Source of the DNA: Bdellovibrionota bacterium | GTDB taxonomy: Bacteria; Bdellovibrionota_G; JALEGL01; DATDPG01 | DNA length: 64,000 nt | Assembly: GCA_963668355.1 (NCBI GenBank) | Contig: OY764265.1 | Location: forward strand, 1,952,001 to 2,016,000 | Direction: 5' to 3' | Shown: positions 38,837 through 47,804 of the stretch, piece by piece | Layout of the letters: every line of letters begins with the position of its first letter | How positions within the stretch are numbered: position 1 is the first letter of the stretch | Notes under the pieces: generated by a model | Seen by the model: the letters and a program-made list of their open reading frames with translations, nothing else | What the model was told of the DNA's origin: nothing | The model's database searches: none | Translations under genes and position numbers: made by a program

Positions 38837-40348
38837 TTATTTTGCTGGATGGCGTTTAACGTACTTGTCGTAGATCTGTAACCCGATGGCCGTGATGATC
38901 GCCAACACGCCAAAGAAAATCCACATGAGATTGGGATTGTTCACGCCCTTGGGTCCAAAATACCCATAGGCAACTCCCGAGAGCAATCCACCGAATAGAT
39001 TCCCCAGCGCCGAGCACCAATAGAAGTATCCCATATACAAAGCCACTTTGTCCGGAGGCGCAATATTGCCCACATACTCTTTGGCCTTGGGGCTGGCCAT
39101 CATTTCACCGAACGAGAAAACCAGAACCGCACCGCAAATGATCCAGCCGGTGGGGCCCATGAGGTAGGTGAAGAAGGAAAGGGCCGTGATGCCGATTCCG
39201 ATGATGATGGTCATCAGGGGTTTGATGTTTCGGGCGATGTACGAAACGAACACTTGGAAGAAGACGATTCCCAGAGAATTGATCAAGATGATGTACTCCG
39301 GTTTGATTTGCCCGTTTTTCAGGAACCCTTGAGAGTGAACCATATTCGAAATCCAGGAAGATATACTGCTTAAGGATGCAATCACATCCGAAGTGTTTCC
39401 ATAGTCTCGAATGTACTCCGGCAGCGTAATGAAAACCTGGTTGAAGGAGGTCCAGAAACCAGACATTAAGAGTAGGAAAATCAGAAAGCGCGTTTCTCCC
39501 ACCTGCATAGGCTTGGCCAGCCAATGTACGTCTTTGTCCTTATTGCCTTTAAAGATGCCGTCCCAGATAAAATTCAGAACCAGCCAAGCACCGGAATAGA
39601 TCGCTACATCCTTAAAGGCGATCCACTTTGAGCCCATGACCAATAAAAGCATCAGCCCCGCAATCAGAAGGAAGAATCGACCGTTGCCGATGACAACAAT
39701 CATGCCATCCATAACATCTTTAAAGGACCGTTTGCTTTCCGCTTCGGCATCTCGCTCCGGTTCTTTGTAAAAAATGGCGCATAGGACAAAGTTCAAAGCG
39801 ATCCATGCTGAGGAACAATAGAAGACATAAGACCAACTCCAACCTCGAACCACTCCGGCCACGATGGGGCCCAGAAGTCCACCGATATTAACCATCATGT
39901 AAAAGATGCCGTAGCCCATGCTTCCAGTTTTTTGAGTCGTGGTCTTGGCGACTGTGCCCAATACCACCGGCTTAAACATGCCGTGTCCGATGGCCACAAA
40001 CATAAAGACCGTGAGAAATCCCCAGAAGCTCGTGGGCAAACTTAAGAGCAGATAGGAAGGAGAGATCACTAAAAAAGAGGCCAAGAACATTTTCTTGAAC
40101 CCGTACCGATCAGCCAGTGCGCCAAAAAGTGACCCGAGTAAATAGAGGAAGAAGGTGACGATTCCTTGAATGACTCCGCGATCTTCCGACGAAAATCCCA
40201 GGGCCCCTTCGGAGACAGGTCCCGTCAAATACAAGCTGGAAACGGCATAGAAACCATACCATCCCATGCGTTCGAAGATCTCCATCGTATTGGCGATCCA
40301 AAACGAACGCGGAAAAGCCCGCCAGAGAGATACTTTTTCTTCAGTCAT
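38837..40348 (-). CDS. POT/PTR-type peptide:H+ symporter (MFS)
   Basis: ExxER motif (EIFERMGWYG), G.FKP, FY..VNIGG and GE....P. Multiple TM helices. Confidence 0.88.
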   Translation of the reverse strand: MTEEKVSLWRAFPRSFWIANTMEIFERMGWYGFYAVSSLYLTGPVSEGALGFSSEDRGVIQGIVTFFLYLLGSLFGALADRYGFKKMFLASFLVISPSYLLLSLPTSFWGFLTVFMFVAIGHGMFKPVVLGTVAKTTTQKTGSMGYGIFYMMVNIGGLLGPIVAGVVRGWSWSYVFYCSSAWIALNFVLCAIFYKEPERDAEAESKRSFKDVMDGMIVVIGNGRFFLLIAGLMLLLVMGSKWIAFKDVAIYSGAWLVLNFIWDGIFKGNKDKDVHWLAKPMQVGETRFLIFLLLMSGFWTSFNQVFITLPEYIRDYGNTSDVIASLSSISSWISNMVHSQGFLKNGQIKPEYIILINSLGIVFFQVFVSYIARNIKPLMTIIIGIGITALSFFTYLMGPTGWIICGAVLVFSFGEMMASPKAKEYVGNIAPPDKVALYMGYFYWCSALGNLFGGLLSGVAYGYFGPKGVNNPNLMWIFFGVLAIITAIGLQIYDKYVKRHPAK

Positions 40349-40378
40349 TGTTCTTCCTTACTATCTTTTTTGCATAGC

Positions 40379-41899
40379 CTATTCAGAGGCGCTTTCGGAT
40401 TGAATGGGATGTTTCGTGATCCAACGATCATAGAGCCAAAGGGCTATGGCCGAGCCGAATAAGATTGCAGCGATAATGTGGAACATCGTGTTCGGGCTGT
40501 TCAGACCTTTGGGGCCATAATGGCCATAAAGAACACCGGAAAGAAGTCCGCCAAACAGGTTCCCGAGTGCAACACACCAGAAGAAATACCCCATGTACAT
40601 GCCGACTTTGTCGGGAGGGGCGATTCGTCCGACATATTCCTGAGACTTGGGACTGGCCATCATTTCACCAAAGGAAAACGTGAGAATACCGGCCACAACG
40701 ACCCAACCGGCAACGCTGATCGGGAAGATGCAAAAAGCGATTGAGGTGATGACGGTTCCAGAAACAATCGTCGTGAAGGGCTTTAAGTTTCGGCAAAGGT
40801 AAGAAACCAGGATTTGGCAAACAATGATGCCAAATGCGTTGAGGTTAATAAGATACTCGGGTTTGATTTCTCCGCCTTTCAACAACCACGTGCCCCACGC
40901 ATCTACGTTCAAGCCGATGGCAGACATCGAGGCAAGAAGATCCGAGGTTTGAGCGTAGTCTCGAATGTATTCTGGAAGCGTCATGAAAATTTGGTTGAAC
41001 CCTGTCCAGAAACCACTCATGAGAAGAAGGAAAATGAGGTAGCGGGTTTCTCCCACTCTCATGGGCTGAAACAGCCAGAAACTTTCCGGACCTTTTCCCA
41101 TGGATCGAAAAATTGCATCGAAGACAAAGTTGAGCACCAGCCAAGCTCCCGCAGCCATAAATACTTGACTGGCCGAGAGATAACCTGAGCCCAAAACAAG
41201 GGAGATCATGAGTCCAGCAATCAAAATGAAAAAGCGGGCATTTCCAACAACGAGGACCATCTCATTGAGCACCTGTTTGACCGTTTTTGAGGTTTGACCT
41301 TCTTCGTGTTGGGGTTCTTTGTAGAAGAGAGCACAGATAATGATGTTTAGGGAAATCCAAGCTGCGGAAGCATAAAAGACCTTGTCCCAACCCCAGCTTC
41401 GTACAACGCCTGCAGCCATGGGACCAATGAAGCCGCCAATGTTCACCATCATGTAGAAAATACCAAAACCCAATGTTCCCGTTTTTTCGTCGGTGGTTTT
41501 TGCGACGGAACCGACAATGACGGGTTTAAACATTCCATGTCCTACGGCGACGGCCATATAGACCAAGAAAAATCCCCAGAAAGTATTGGGAATGGCCAAG
41601 AGTAGGTAAGCGGGTGCGATGAGAATATAGGAAAAAATCAGCGTCTTCTTAAAACCGAATTTATCGGCCATGGCGCCGAAGAAGGAGGGAATCAGGTAAA
41701 GGAAAAAGGTCACCAAGCCTTGAATGATTCCACGTTCTTCGGAAGTGAGTCCTAAGCCCCCTTCAGAAGGGTCGCCGGTTAGGTAAAGGGCTGAGACGGC
41801 AAAAAAGCCGTACCAACACATGCGCTCGAAAATCTCCATCGTGTTGGCCACCCAGAAGGTGCTTGGAAAGGTACGGAAAATGGATACTTTTTGACTCAT
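40379..41899 (-). CDS. POT/PTR-type peptide:H+ symporter (MFS), tandem paralog
   Basis: Same motifs (EIFERMCWYG), colinear with the neighbouring gene. Confidence 0.88.
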   Translation of the reverse strand: MSQKVSIFRTFPSTFWVANTMEIFERMCWYGFFAVSALYLTGDPSEGGLGLTSEERGIIQGLVTFFLYLIPSFFGAMADKFGFKKTLIFSYILIAPAYLLLAIPNTFWGFFLVYMAVAVGHGMFKPVIVGSVAKTTDEKTGTLGFGIFYMMVNIGGFIGPMAAGVVRSWGWDKVFYASAAWISLNIIICALFYKEPQHEEGQTSKTVKQVLNEMVLVVGNARFFILIAGLMISLVLGSGYLSASQVFMAAGAWLVLNFVFDAIFRSMGKGPESFWLFQPMRVGETRYLIFLLLMSGFWTGFNQIFMTLPEYIRDYAQTSDLLASMSAIGLNVDAWGTWLLKGGEIKPEYLINLNAFGIIVCQILVSYLCRNLKPFTTIVSGTVITSIAFCIFPISVAGWVVVAGILTFSFGEMMASPKSQEYVGRIAPPDKVGMYMGYFFWCVALGNLFGGLLSGVLYGHYGPKGLNSPNTMFHIIAAILFGSAIALWLYDRWITKHPIQSESASE

Positions 41900-42128
41900 C
41901 GTCTCCCCACTTTGTTATCGATTCAACATCGGTTCAAACCTACCAATCCCCTTCAACTCATCACCGAGCCCCCCAGGGATGGGGATGCATACAATTTATG
42001 AGCAGGCAAGTCACTAATTTTGTTAAGAAAATTTAAATAGGCGCAAATGCCCTTCTTGTGTGGCTTTTAGGCGTTTCGACAAACCGCAAAAGAGTCGTTA
42101 TGGTGTGCGACCGCTGCTGGAAATTTGA

Positions 42129-43943
42129 GTGAGCCAGAAAGGAAAGAAACCGTTGAAGACATCCGAAAAACTCAGTGCCCTACGAAAACTCATGAAAGAA
42201 CATGACCTGGATGCTTATTTTGTCCCGAGCACAGATCCGCACCAAAGTGAATATGTTCCAACCTTTTGGCAGCGTCGTGCCTATATGAGTGGCTTCACGG
42301 GCTCCGCTGGAGACCTTTTGGTTTTAAAAGAAAAAGCCGGATTGTGGACAGATGGTCGTTATTTTTTGCAAGCCGAACAGGAATTGGCCGGAAGCGGAAT
42401 TGATTTGTTCAAAATGGGAATGATCAATGTTCCTACATTAGAAGAATTCATTTCTGAAGAATTGGAATCCGGGCAACGTTTGGGAGTGGATCCTCGCGTT
42501 TTGGGAATTTCCAGATCCGAAGAAATTGAAAAGTGGTTGAACGGGTTCGGGGCCGAGATCGTTCTTCTGGATGAAAACCTTGTGGACGAAGTTTGGACGG
42601 ATCAGCCGCCCATGCCTCGGGAGCCCATCTCCGTATTGGACGAGTGCTATTCCGGAGAAGGTGTGGAGGCCAAGCTGGGTCGAATTCGCAAAGAAATGGC
42701 CAAGCGCAAAGTGGACGCTCATCTCCTGACCCAATTGGATTCGGTTGCTTGGGCTTTTAATGTTCGAGGCAAAGATGTGAATTACAATCCTGTGGCCATT
42801 GCCTATGGACTCATTACGCCGCAAGATGCGCGCCTTTTCATTCATCCTGAAAAAGTTTCCCAAGAAGTGCGAGAACGATTGACGCCTCATGTAACGGCCG
42901 TTCCTTATGAAGAAATCGGAAACGCGCTCAAGGATCTGTCGAAGAGAAAGGCACGGGTGTGGGTGGATCCAACAAACTCCAATCGTTGGTCGGTGGATCT
43001 GCTTAAAAGATGTGAGCTATTGGTGGAACCCACGCCGATTGCGCGCATGCGCTCACGGAAAAATGAAACGCAGATGGTGGGGATGCGAACCGCCCATGTG
43101 AGAGATGGCGTGGCCATGGTGAAATTCTTGTCTTGGTTGGAAGAAGCGGTCCCGAAAGGGGATGTAACGGAGTTGTCGGCGGAAGAGCGGTTGGAAAAGT
43201 TTCGAAGTGAAGGAGACCATTTTCAGGGACTGAGCTTTCGGACGATTTCGGGATATGGGGAACATGGAGCCATTGTTCACTATGCGGCGAGCGAAACGTC
43301 CAATGCGGAGCTGAAGTCTGAAGGCATCTATCTCATCGATTCCGGTGCCCAATACTTGGATGGAACCACCGATATCACGCGTACGGTTTTGTTGGGGGCT
43401 TCGGCCTCAGACCATGAGAAAGCTTGCTTCACACGCGTGTTGAAAGGTCATATTCGTCTGGCTCGGGTTTCTTTCCCCAAAGGCGTTCGAGGCATGCGCT
43501 TGGACACGTTGGCCCGAGAAGCCTTGTGGCAGGCCGGCTTGGATTATAATCATGGTACCGGACACGGTGTGGGTTCCTATTTGGGGGTGCATGAAGGACC
43601 TCAATCCATCAGCCCCACGCGATGCATTGGGGTTCCATTGGAAATCGGAAATGTGCAATCGAATGAACCGGGATATTATGAAGCCGGGAAATTTGGCATT
43701 CGAATTGAAAACCTGGTGATGGTGGAAGCCAATCCGAAGTTCACGAGTGACGGCGAAGAGTGGTATCAATTTGAAACGCTCACCCTGTGTCCCATTGACA
43801 CCAAGCTCGTGGATACATCCCTATTGGATAAATCGGAACGGAAATGGCTGAACGAATACCATCAACGGGTGGAAGAAATGTTGTCCCCGCTGCTCCCGGA
43901 AAAAGAGCGCGCTTGGTTGGAAAAAGCCTGCCAAAAAATCTAA
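42129..43943 (+). CDS. Aminopeptidase P (M24B, long form)
   Basis: DPHQSEY, GFTGSAG, DSGAQYLDGTTDITRT, HGTGHGVG..L.VHEGP, NEPG and GIRIEN. Confidence 0.95.
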   Translation: MSQKGKKPLKTSEKLSALRKLMKEHDLDAYFVPSTDPHQSEYVPTFWQRRAYMSGFTGSAGDLLVLKEKAGLWTDGRYFLQAEQELAGSGIDLFKMGMINVPTLEEFISEELESGQRLGVDPRVLGISRSEEIEKWLNGFGAEIVLLDENLVDEVWTDQPPMPREPISVLDECYSGEGVEAKLGRIRKEMAKRKVDAHLLTQLDSVAWAFNVRGKDVNYNPVAIAYGLITPQDARLFIHPEKVSQEVRERLTPHVTAVPYEEIGNALKDLSKRKARVWVDPTNSNRWSVDLLKRCELLVEPTPIARMRSRKNETQMVGMRTAHVRDGVAMVKFLSWLEEAVPKGDVTELSAEERLEKFRSEGDHFQGLSFRTISGYGEHGAIVHYAASETSNAELKSEGIYLIDSGAQYLDGTTDITRTVLLGASASDHEKACFTRVLKGHIRLARVSFPKGVRGMRLDTLAREALWQAGLDYNHGTGHGVGSYLGVHEGPQSISPTRCIGVPLEIGNVQSNEPGYYEAGKFGIRIENLVMVEANPKFTSDGEEWYQFETLTLCPIDTKLVDTSLLDKSERKWLNEYHQRVEEMLSPLLPEKERAWLEKACQKI

Positions 43944-43980
43944 CCATCCCTAAAAAGGAGTCGATCCTTTTAGGACGTTT

Positions 43981-44547
43981 TTAGAGTTGTTTAACGAGTT
44001 CTTTGAGTTCGTTGAGCATGGGTGACTGGAAGCGTTTTTCGACGATTTCGATGAAGGAAGTGAAAAACCAAACCTGATCATCCCGGCCTTTTTGAAATAC
44101 GCCCCATGCTTTTTCTTCTCCCCGAGTTTTGATGTCAGAAACCAGGGCGCGAACATTGTGAAGTTTGTCTGCTGTCGCAATTCGTAAAGCTCCTTCGGGA
44201 GCTTTTTGCATTTGTTTCAAGAGTCGATTTTTGCGGTCTTTCCAGGGAGGTTTGGGGGAGCCTTCGGTATCGGTGACGGCCTCCACCAACTCGCACACCT
44301 CTTCTCCAAATTCTTCGAAAATCCGATTTCGAGTTTCAACTCCCCCTTGATCCTCAATGGCGTCATGTAATAGGGCGGCAATCACTTCCTCTTCGGTTCC
44401 ACGATCTTCCATGACTAAAGCCGCTACGGATAACAAATGTGAAACGTAGGGGGCACCACTGCCTTTTCTTTTTTGATCGCGGTGAAGGTCTACGGCAAAA
44501 GACAATGCCTGATCAAATAAATGGCCAAGTTGTGTAGGTGTGTTCAT
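43981..44547 (-). CDS. Stand-alone HD-domain protein (small alarmone hydrolase/Mesh1-like)
   Basis: H.DQKRK....PY.SH, AALLHDAIED and ADKLHN.R. Confidence 0.85.
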   Translation of the reverse strand: MNTPTQLGHLFDQALSFAVDLHRDQKRKGSGAPYVSHLLSVAALVMEDRGTEEEVIAALLHDAIEDQGGVETRNRIFEEFGEEVCELVEAVTDTEGSPKPPWKDRKNRLLKQMQKAPEGALRIATADKLHNVRALVSDIKTRGEEKAWGVFQKGRDDQVWFFTSFIEIVEKRFQSPMLNELKELVKQL

Positions 44548-44560
44548 CAGTTCAAAAAAT

Positions 44561-44598
44561 AAAAAACTGCAGCACTCCTTTTCGAAAGAGTGCTGCAG
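44561..44598 (-). terminator. Rho-independent terminator of the ferredoxin gene
   Basis: 11-bp stem 44567-44577/44588-44598 followed by U6 on the minus strand. Confidence 0.85.
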
Positions 44599-44625
44599 CT
44601 AAAAAAATGAAAAAGCGAGATTATT

Positions 44626-44961
44626 TTAGCTCGCAGGAGCTGGGTCCAAATGTTCCAGCTTGTTTTCTTTTTCTTTCCACTCTTCCGCTTCGGGAAGTGC
44701 ATCCTTTTTTACAGAAAGAACGGGCCACTCTGCTGCGTATTTCACATTGAGTTCGACGTAATCTTTCCATTTATCGGGAACTTCCTCATCGACGAAAATG
44801 GCTTGTGTCGGACAGACCGGTTCACAAGCGCCGCAGTCGATGCATTCATCTGGGTTGATGACGAGAAAGTTTGCTCCTTCGTGAAAGCAGTCTACCGGAC
44901 AAACTTCCACACAATCAGTGTATTTGCACTTCACACAAGGATCTGCAACTACATATGCCAT
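44626..44961 (-). CDS. fdxA: 7Fe ferredoxin ([3Fe-4S]/[4Fe-4S])
   Basis: [22 protein letters not shown] and [13 protein letters not shown]. Confidence 0.95.
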   Translation of the reverse strand: MAYVVADPCVKCKYTDCVEVCPVDCFHEGANFLVINPDECIDCGACEPVCPTQAIFVDEEVPDKWKDYVELNVKYAAEWPVLSVKKDALPEAEEWKEKENKLEHLDPAPAS

Positions 44962-45110
44962 GGTTTCCTTTTACTCCTGCTAATAAATATGAGGCTTTCG
45001 CCTCGCCAAAATTAATTTCCGAGTTTTGCAAGATGAACGGTTCCTCCGTTGGAATCTCGCAACACGATCGAATGCCTGAAGCTTAACGCAAAACCCAGGG
45101 GTTTACAAAA

Positions 45111-45129
45111 CCATACTAAAATAGTAGGG
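45111..45129. promoter_or_regulatory. Putative Rrf2 operator
   Basis: Palindrome TACTA-aaa-TAGTA (45114-45126), 10 nt before the Rrf2 start and downstream of a TTTACA -35-like hexamer. Confidence 0.6.
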
Positions 45130-45136
45130 AATAAAA

Positions 45137-45583
45137 ATGCTGCGTGTGGCGAAAGAAACGGATTACGGGGTTCTCATTCTCTGTGCCATCGCTTCGAATC
45201 CGGAGACACAGGGGCGGACGACGCGCCAAATATCGGATGAAACCGGCATTCCCTATCGAATGACCTGCAAGGTTCTGCATTTATTGGTTCGAAATGGTCT
45301 GATTGAAGCGCAAAGGGGCGTGAAAGGGGGCTACCATTTGAGCCGACCGCCCAAATCCGTGTCCATGATCGACGTGGTACAAGCTTTGGAAGGACCCGTT
45401 TCTTTGACGGAGTGCTCCAAGGAATTTGGAGATTGTTCGATGGAAAACTGTTGCCTCGCGAAAGACTATTGGCTGGCGGTCAACGATGCCTTCCAAGAGT
45501 CGTTGAGTCAGGTTTCTTTGGAAAGTATTTTGGCCTCGAAGGCCAAAAAAAACGGGCGAAAAAAAGCCCATATGCATTCGTGA
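45137..45583 (+). CDS. Rrf2-family Fe-S cluster regulator (IscR/SufR-like)
   Basis: TDYG, RG.KGGY.L.R, LEGP and a Cys-rich C-terminus (C-x6-C-x4-CC). Confidence 0.92.
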   Translation: MLRVAKETDYGVLILCAIASNPETQGRTTRQISDETGIPYRMTCKVLHLLVRNGLIEAQRGVKGGYHLSRPPKSVSMIDVVQALEGPVSLTECSKEFGDCSMENCCLAKDYWLAVNDAFQESLSQVSLESILASKAKKNGRKKAHMHS

Positions 45584-45593
45584 AGGAGAAGGT

Positions 45594-45920
45594 ATGAATA
45601 TCAGTGTGACGGAAAAAGCAGGAAAACGAATTCGAGAAATTTTGGCGAATGATGAACGGGGAAATGCGGTTGCGTTTAAGATTGATTTGAAAGCGGGCGG
45701 GTGTTCAGGGTTTGAATACGCGTTTTCCGTAGATTCCCCCGCGGATACGGATGAAGTTGTGGATTATGAAGGAATTCGCTTGGCCGTATCCAAGGAAAGT
45801 CAGGAGCGGATGGAAGGAACGATCATTGACTGCGATGAGGAAATTTGGGGTTGGAAATTTGTGATCAAAAATCCCAACGCCTTGGCCACCTGTTCTTGTG
45901 GTAAGTCTGCCGCATTCTAA
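45594..45920 (+). CDS. A-type Fe-S carrier (IscA/ErpA/HesB)
   Basis: GGCSGFEY and NPNA...CSCG.S. Confidence 0.92.
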   Translation: MNISVTEKAGKRIREILANDERGNAVAFKIDLKAGGCSGFEYAFSVDSPADTDEVVDYEGIRLAVSKESQERMEGTIIDCDEEIWGWKFVIKNPNALATCSCGKSAAF

Positions 45921-45997
45921 TTTGATTACCTCAGCGCTTTCTTCGGATTGCATCGGCTTTGTTGTAAACTCCGAAACGGAAAGGGGTTGAAACCTGG

Positions 45998-47131
45998 ATG
46001 CCGAAAGCGCAAAACATTCAATGGCCAAAATCGGTTACGGAACTGCATGTCCATCTTGGAGGGGCCGTCCCCCTTTATCGCCTGTGGGAAACGGCCATTT
46101 CCAGGGGAATTCGTGGAATGGGGTCGAGCTATGAAGATTTCATCAACCTCATCAAGATTCAGGAAGACAAGGTTCACGATTTAGACTCCTATCTGGAAGT
46201 CTATGACACGATTGAGCTCATTCAATCGGGACCGGATGCGGTTCGAGAGAGTGTCATTATTGCCATTCATCGCGCGTACAGAACGGGCGGAATGCCCAGC
46301 TTGGGCCCTGGTGGAGAAGGTGGAAGTCCCAACCCTCTGTTTTCCATTGGCCGTTTGGAGCTGCGCTTTAATCCGCTCAAACGCACAGGTGCGGTTTTTT
46401 TGAAAGGAAAGCATGCCGGTCTTTATGATGTGGATCGCGTGATCAAGTCGGCTTGCGCTGCGGCTGAGGATGTGGAGATCGCCTTTAAGGGAAAAATTCA
46501 AGTGGGGCTTTTATTTTGTTTCGGTCGCGACATGACCTTTGAGGCCAATCGAATTTTGGCGGAAAAAATTTCGGATTGGAAAGGGAAAAGCAATAAGATT
46601 CTAGGATTAGATTTGGCCGGGCAAGAATCCATCAATCCCTTGGTGTCGGGACATTCGTTGCGGGAAATGAAGGAGGTCTTTGATGTGGCGGGCCAAGATC
46701 TGGGTCGAACCATCCATGTTGGCGAGACCGATCATGTTGACCTAACCACGTTTCTGAAAACGGTGGAAACGCTTAACCCCTTGAGAGTGGCTCACCCTGT
46801 TACGGCCTTTAAGGCTTGGAAGGAAAATAAGAATGATCGGGGTCTCAAATTATTGAAAGAGCGGGGGATTGTTTGTGAGTTATGCGTGAAGTCGAATTTG
46901 CTCACGGGTGCTGTGAAGAGTCTCCAAGAGTATGGTGAATTCATTCGAGCCTTGGATGATTTTGAGATTCCCTACACGTTTTCGACGGACGCACCTTCCT
47001 TGCAGGGAACGAGTTTAGCGGAAGAGTTGTTGATGTTATTAAATGAAGGAGTGGTTGAGGCCGACCAAATCCTCAAAGCTTTAAACACAGCCGACGAATC
47101 CAGTTTTTTATCATCAAAAGAAGCCGGATAA
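45998..47131 (+). CDS. Adenosine deaminase-like amidohydrolase (divergent)
   Basis: ELHVHLGG, ELRF.P, GLDLAG.E, TIHVGE, R..H, ELC..SN and STD.P. Confidence 0.78.
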   Translation: MPKAQNIQWPKSVTELHVHLGGAVPLYRLWETAISRGIRGMGSSYEDFINLIKIQEDKVHDLDSYLEVYDTIELIQSGPDAVRESVIIAIHRAYRTGGMPSLGPGGEGGSPNPLFSIGRLELRFNPLKRTGAVFLKGKHAGLYDVDRVIKSACAAAEDVEIAFKGKIQVGLLFCFGRDMTFEANRILAEKISDWKGKSNKILGLDLAGQESINPLVSGHSLREMKEVFDVAGQDLGRTIHVGETDHVDLTTFLKTVETLNPLRVAHPVTAFKAWKENKNDRGLKLLKERGIVCELCVKSNLLTGAVKSLQEYGEFIRALDDFEIPYTFSTDAPSLQGTSLAEELLMLLNEGVVEADQILKALNTADESSFLSSKEAG

Positions 47132-47142
47132 ATCTCAAACTG

Positions 47143-47168
47143 AAAAAAAAGCGCGACATCCGTCGCGC
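47143..47168 (-). terminator. Orphan minus-strand intrinsic terminator
   Basis: Stem gcgcgac/gtcgcgc 47151-47168 followed by U8 on the minus strand only. Confidence 0.7.
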
Positions 47169-47218
47169 AAGAAGACTCCGAAATTGTTCTTAAGTACAGC
47201 TACGTTTGAGGGAAGCAA

Positions 47219-47405
47219 ATCTGAAGAAGCGTCTCTCCGCTTCGGGTTACGTTCGCTCCAAAGACTACGATCACTTAAGGCGGGGCCCCTCGTTGTCCGC
47301 CCAGCGTCAAGCATAGCTTGCCGCAGGTCGTCTCCGTTTCCCCTACCTTCCGTTCACGAGGTCTTTGGGCTCTCTTCACAGGCGCGGAGAGACGCTTCTT
47401 CAGAT
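47219..47405 (-). repeat. Structured dispersed element A, copy 2
   Basis: Perfect 22-bp terminal inverted repeat 47219-47240/47384-47405. Core identical to copy 1. Confidence 0.8.
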
Positions 47406-47521
47406 CCGCTTTTCGTGATGAGTAATTCATTTATCTCGCTCCCCTCGCTTGAAATCATTCGTTTGAATGAACAGACAAATTTCCCATGAGAGATGTTTTT
47501 AAAGTTACCTTAGATAGGTTG

Positions 47522-47600
47522 AAAGGGTGGCCATCGGCAGACACACCGGCGAGGACTGTCGGGCCGCAGTCCGGTGTGTCTGCCGGTGGTCAGGCCCCTC
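47522..47600 (+). repeat. Hairpin element B, copy 2
   Basis: 19-bp stem 47531-47549/47571-47589 with one T:G pair. Loop is 19/21 identical to copy 1. Confidence 0.8.
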
Positions 47601-47804
47601 CCACAAAATCTTCTCGGCTCACTTTATGCCCGGAAAAAAAACGAGGGTGTGTTATTAGGTAACTCATTAAAAACATTGTTATTTGGTTTGCTAGTGGGAG
47701 ATGGTTGACGCGAGGCGGTAAAGCGTATAGCTCTGTTTTGCGTAGACGCTTGTGTTCGCAAAAAGGCTAATGTAAATCATGATTTTTATTAATGTTTTCC
47801 GGGG

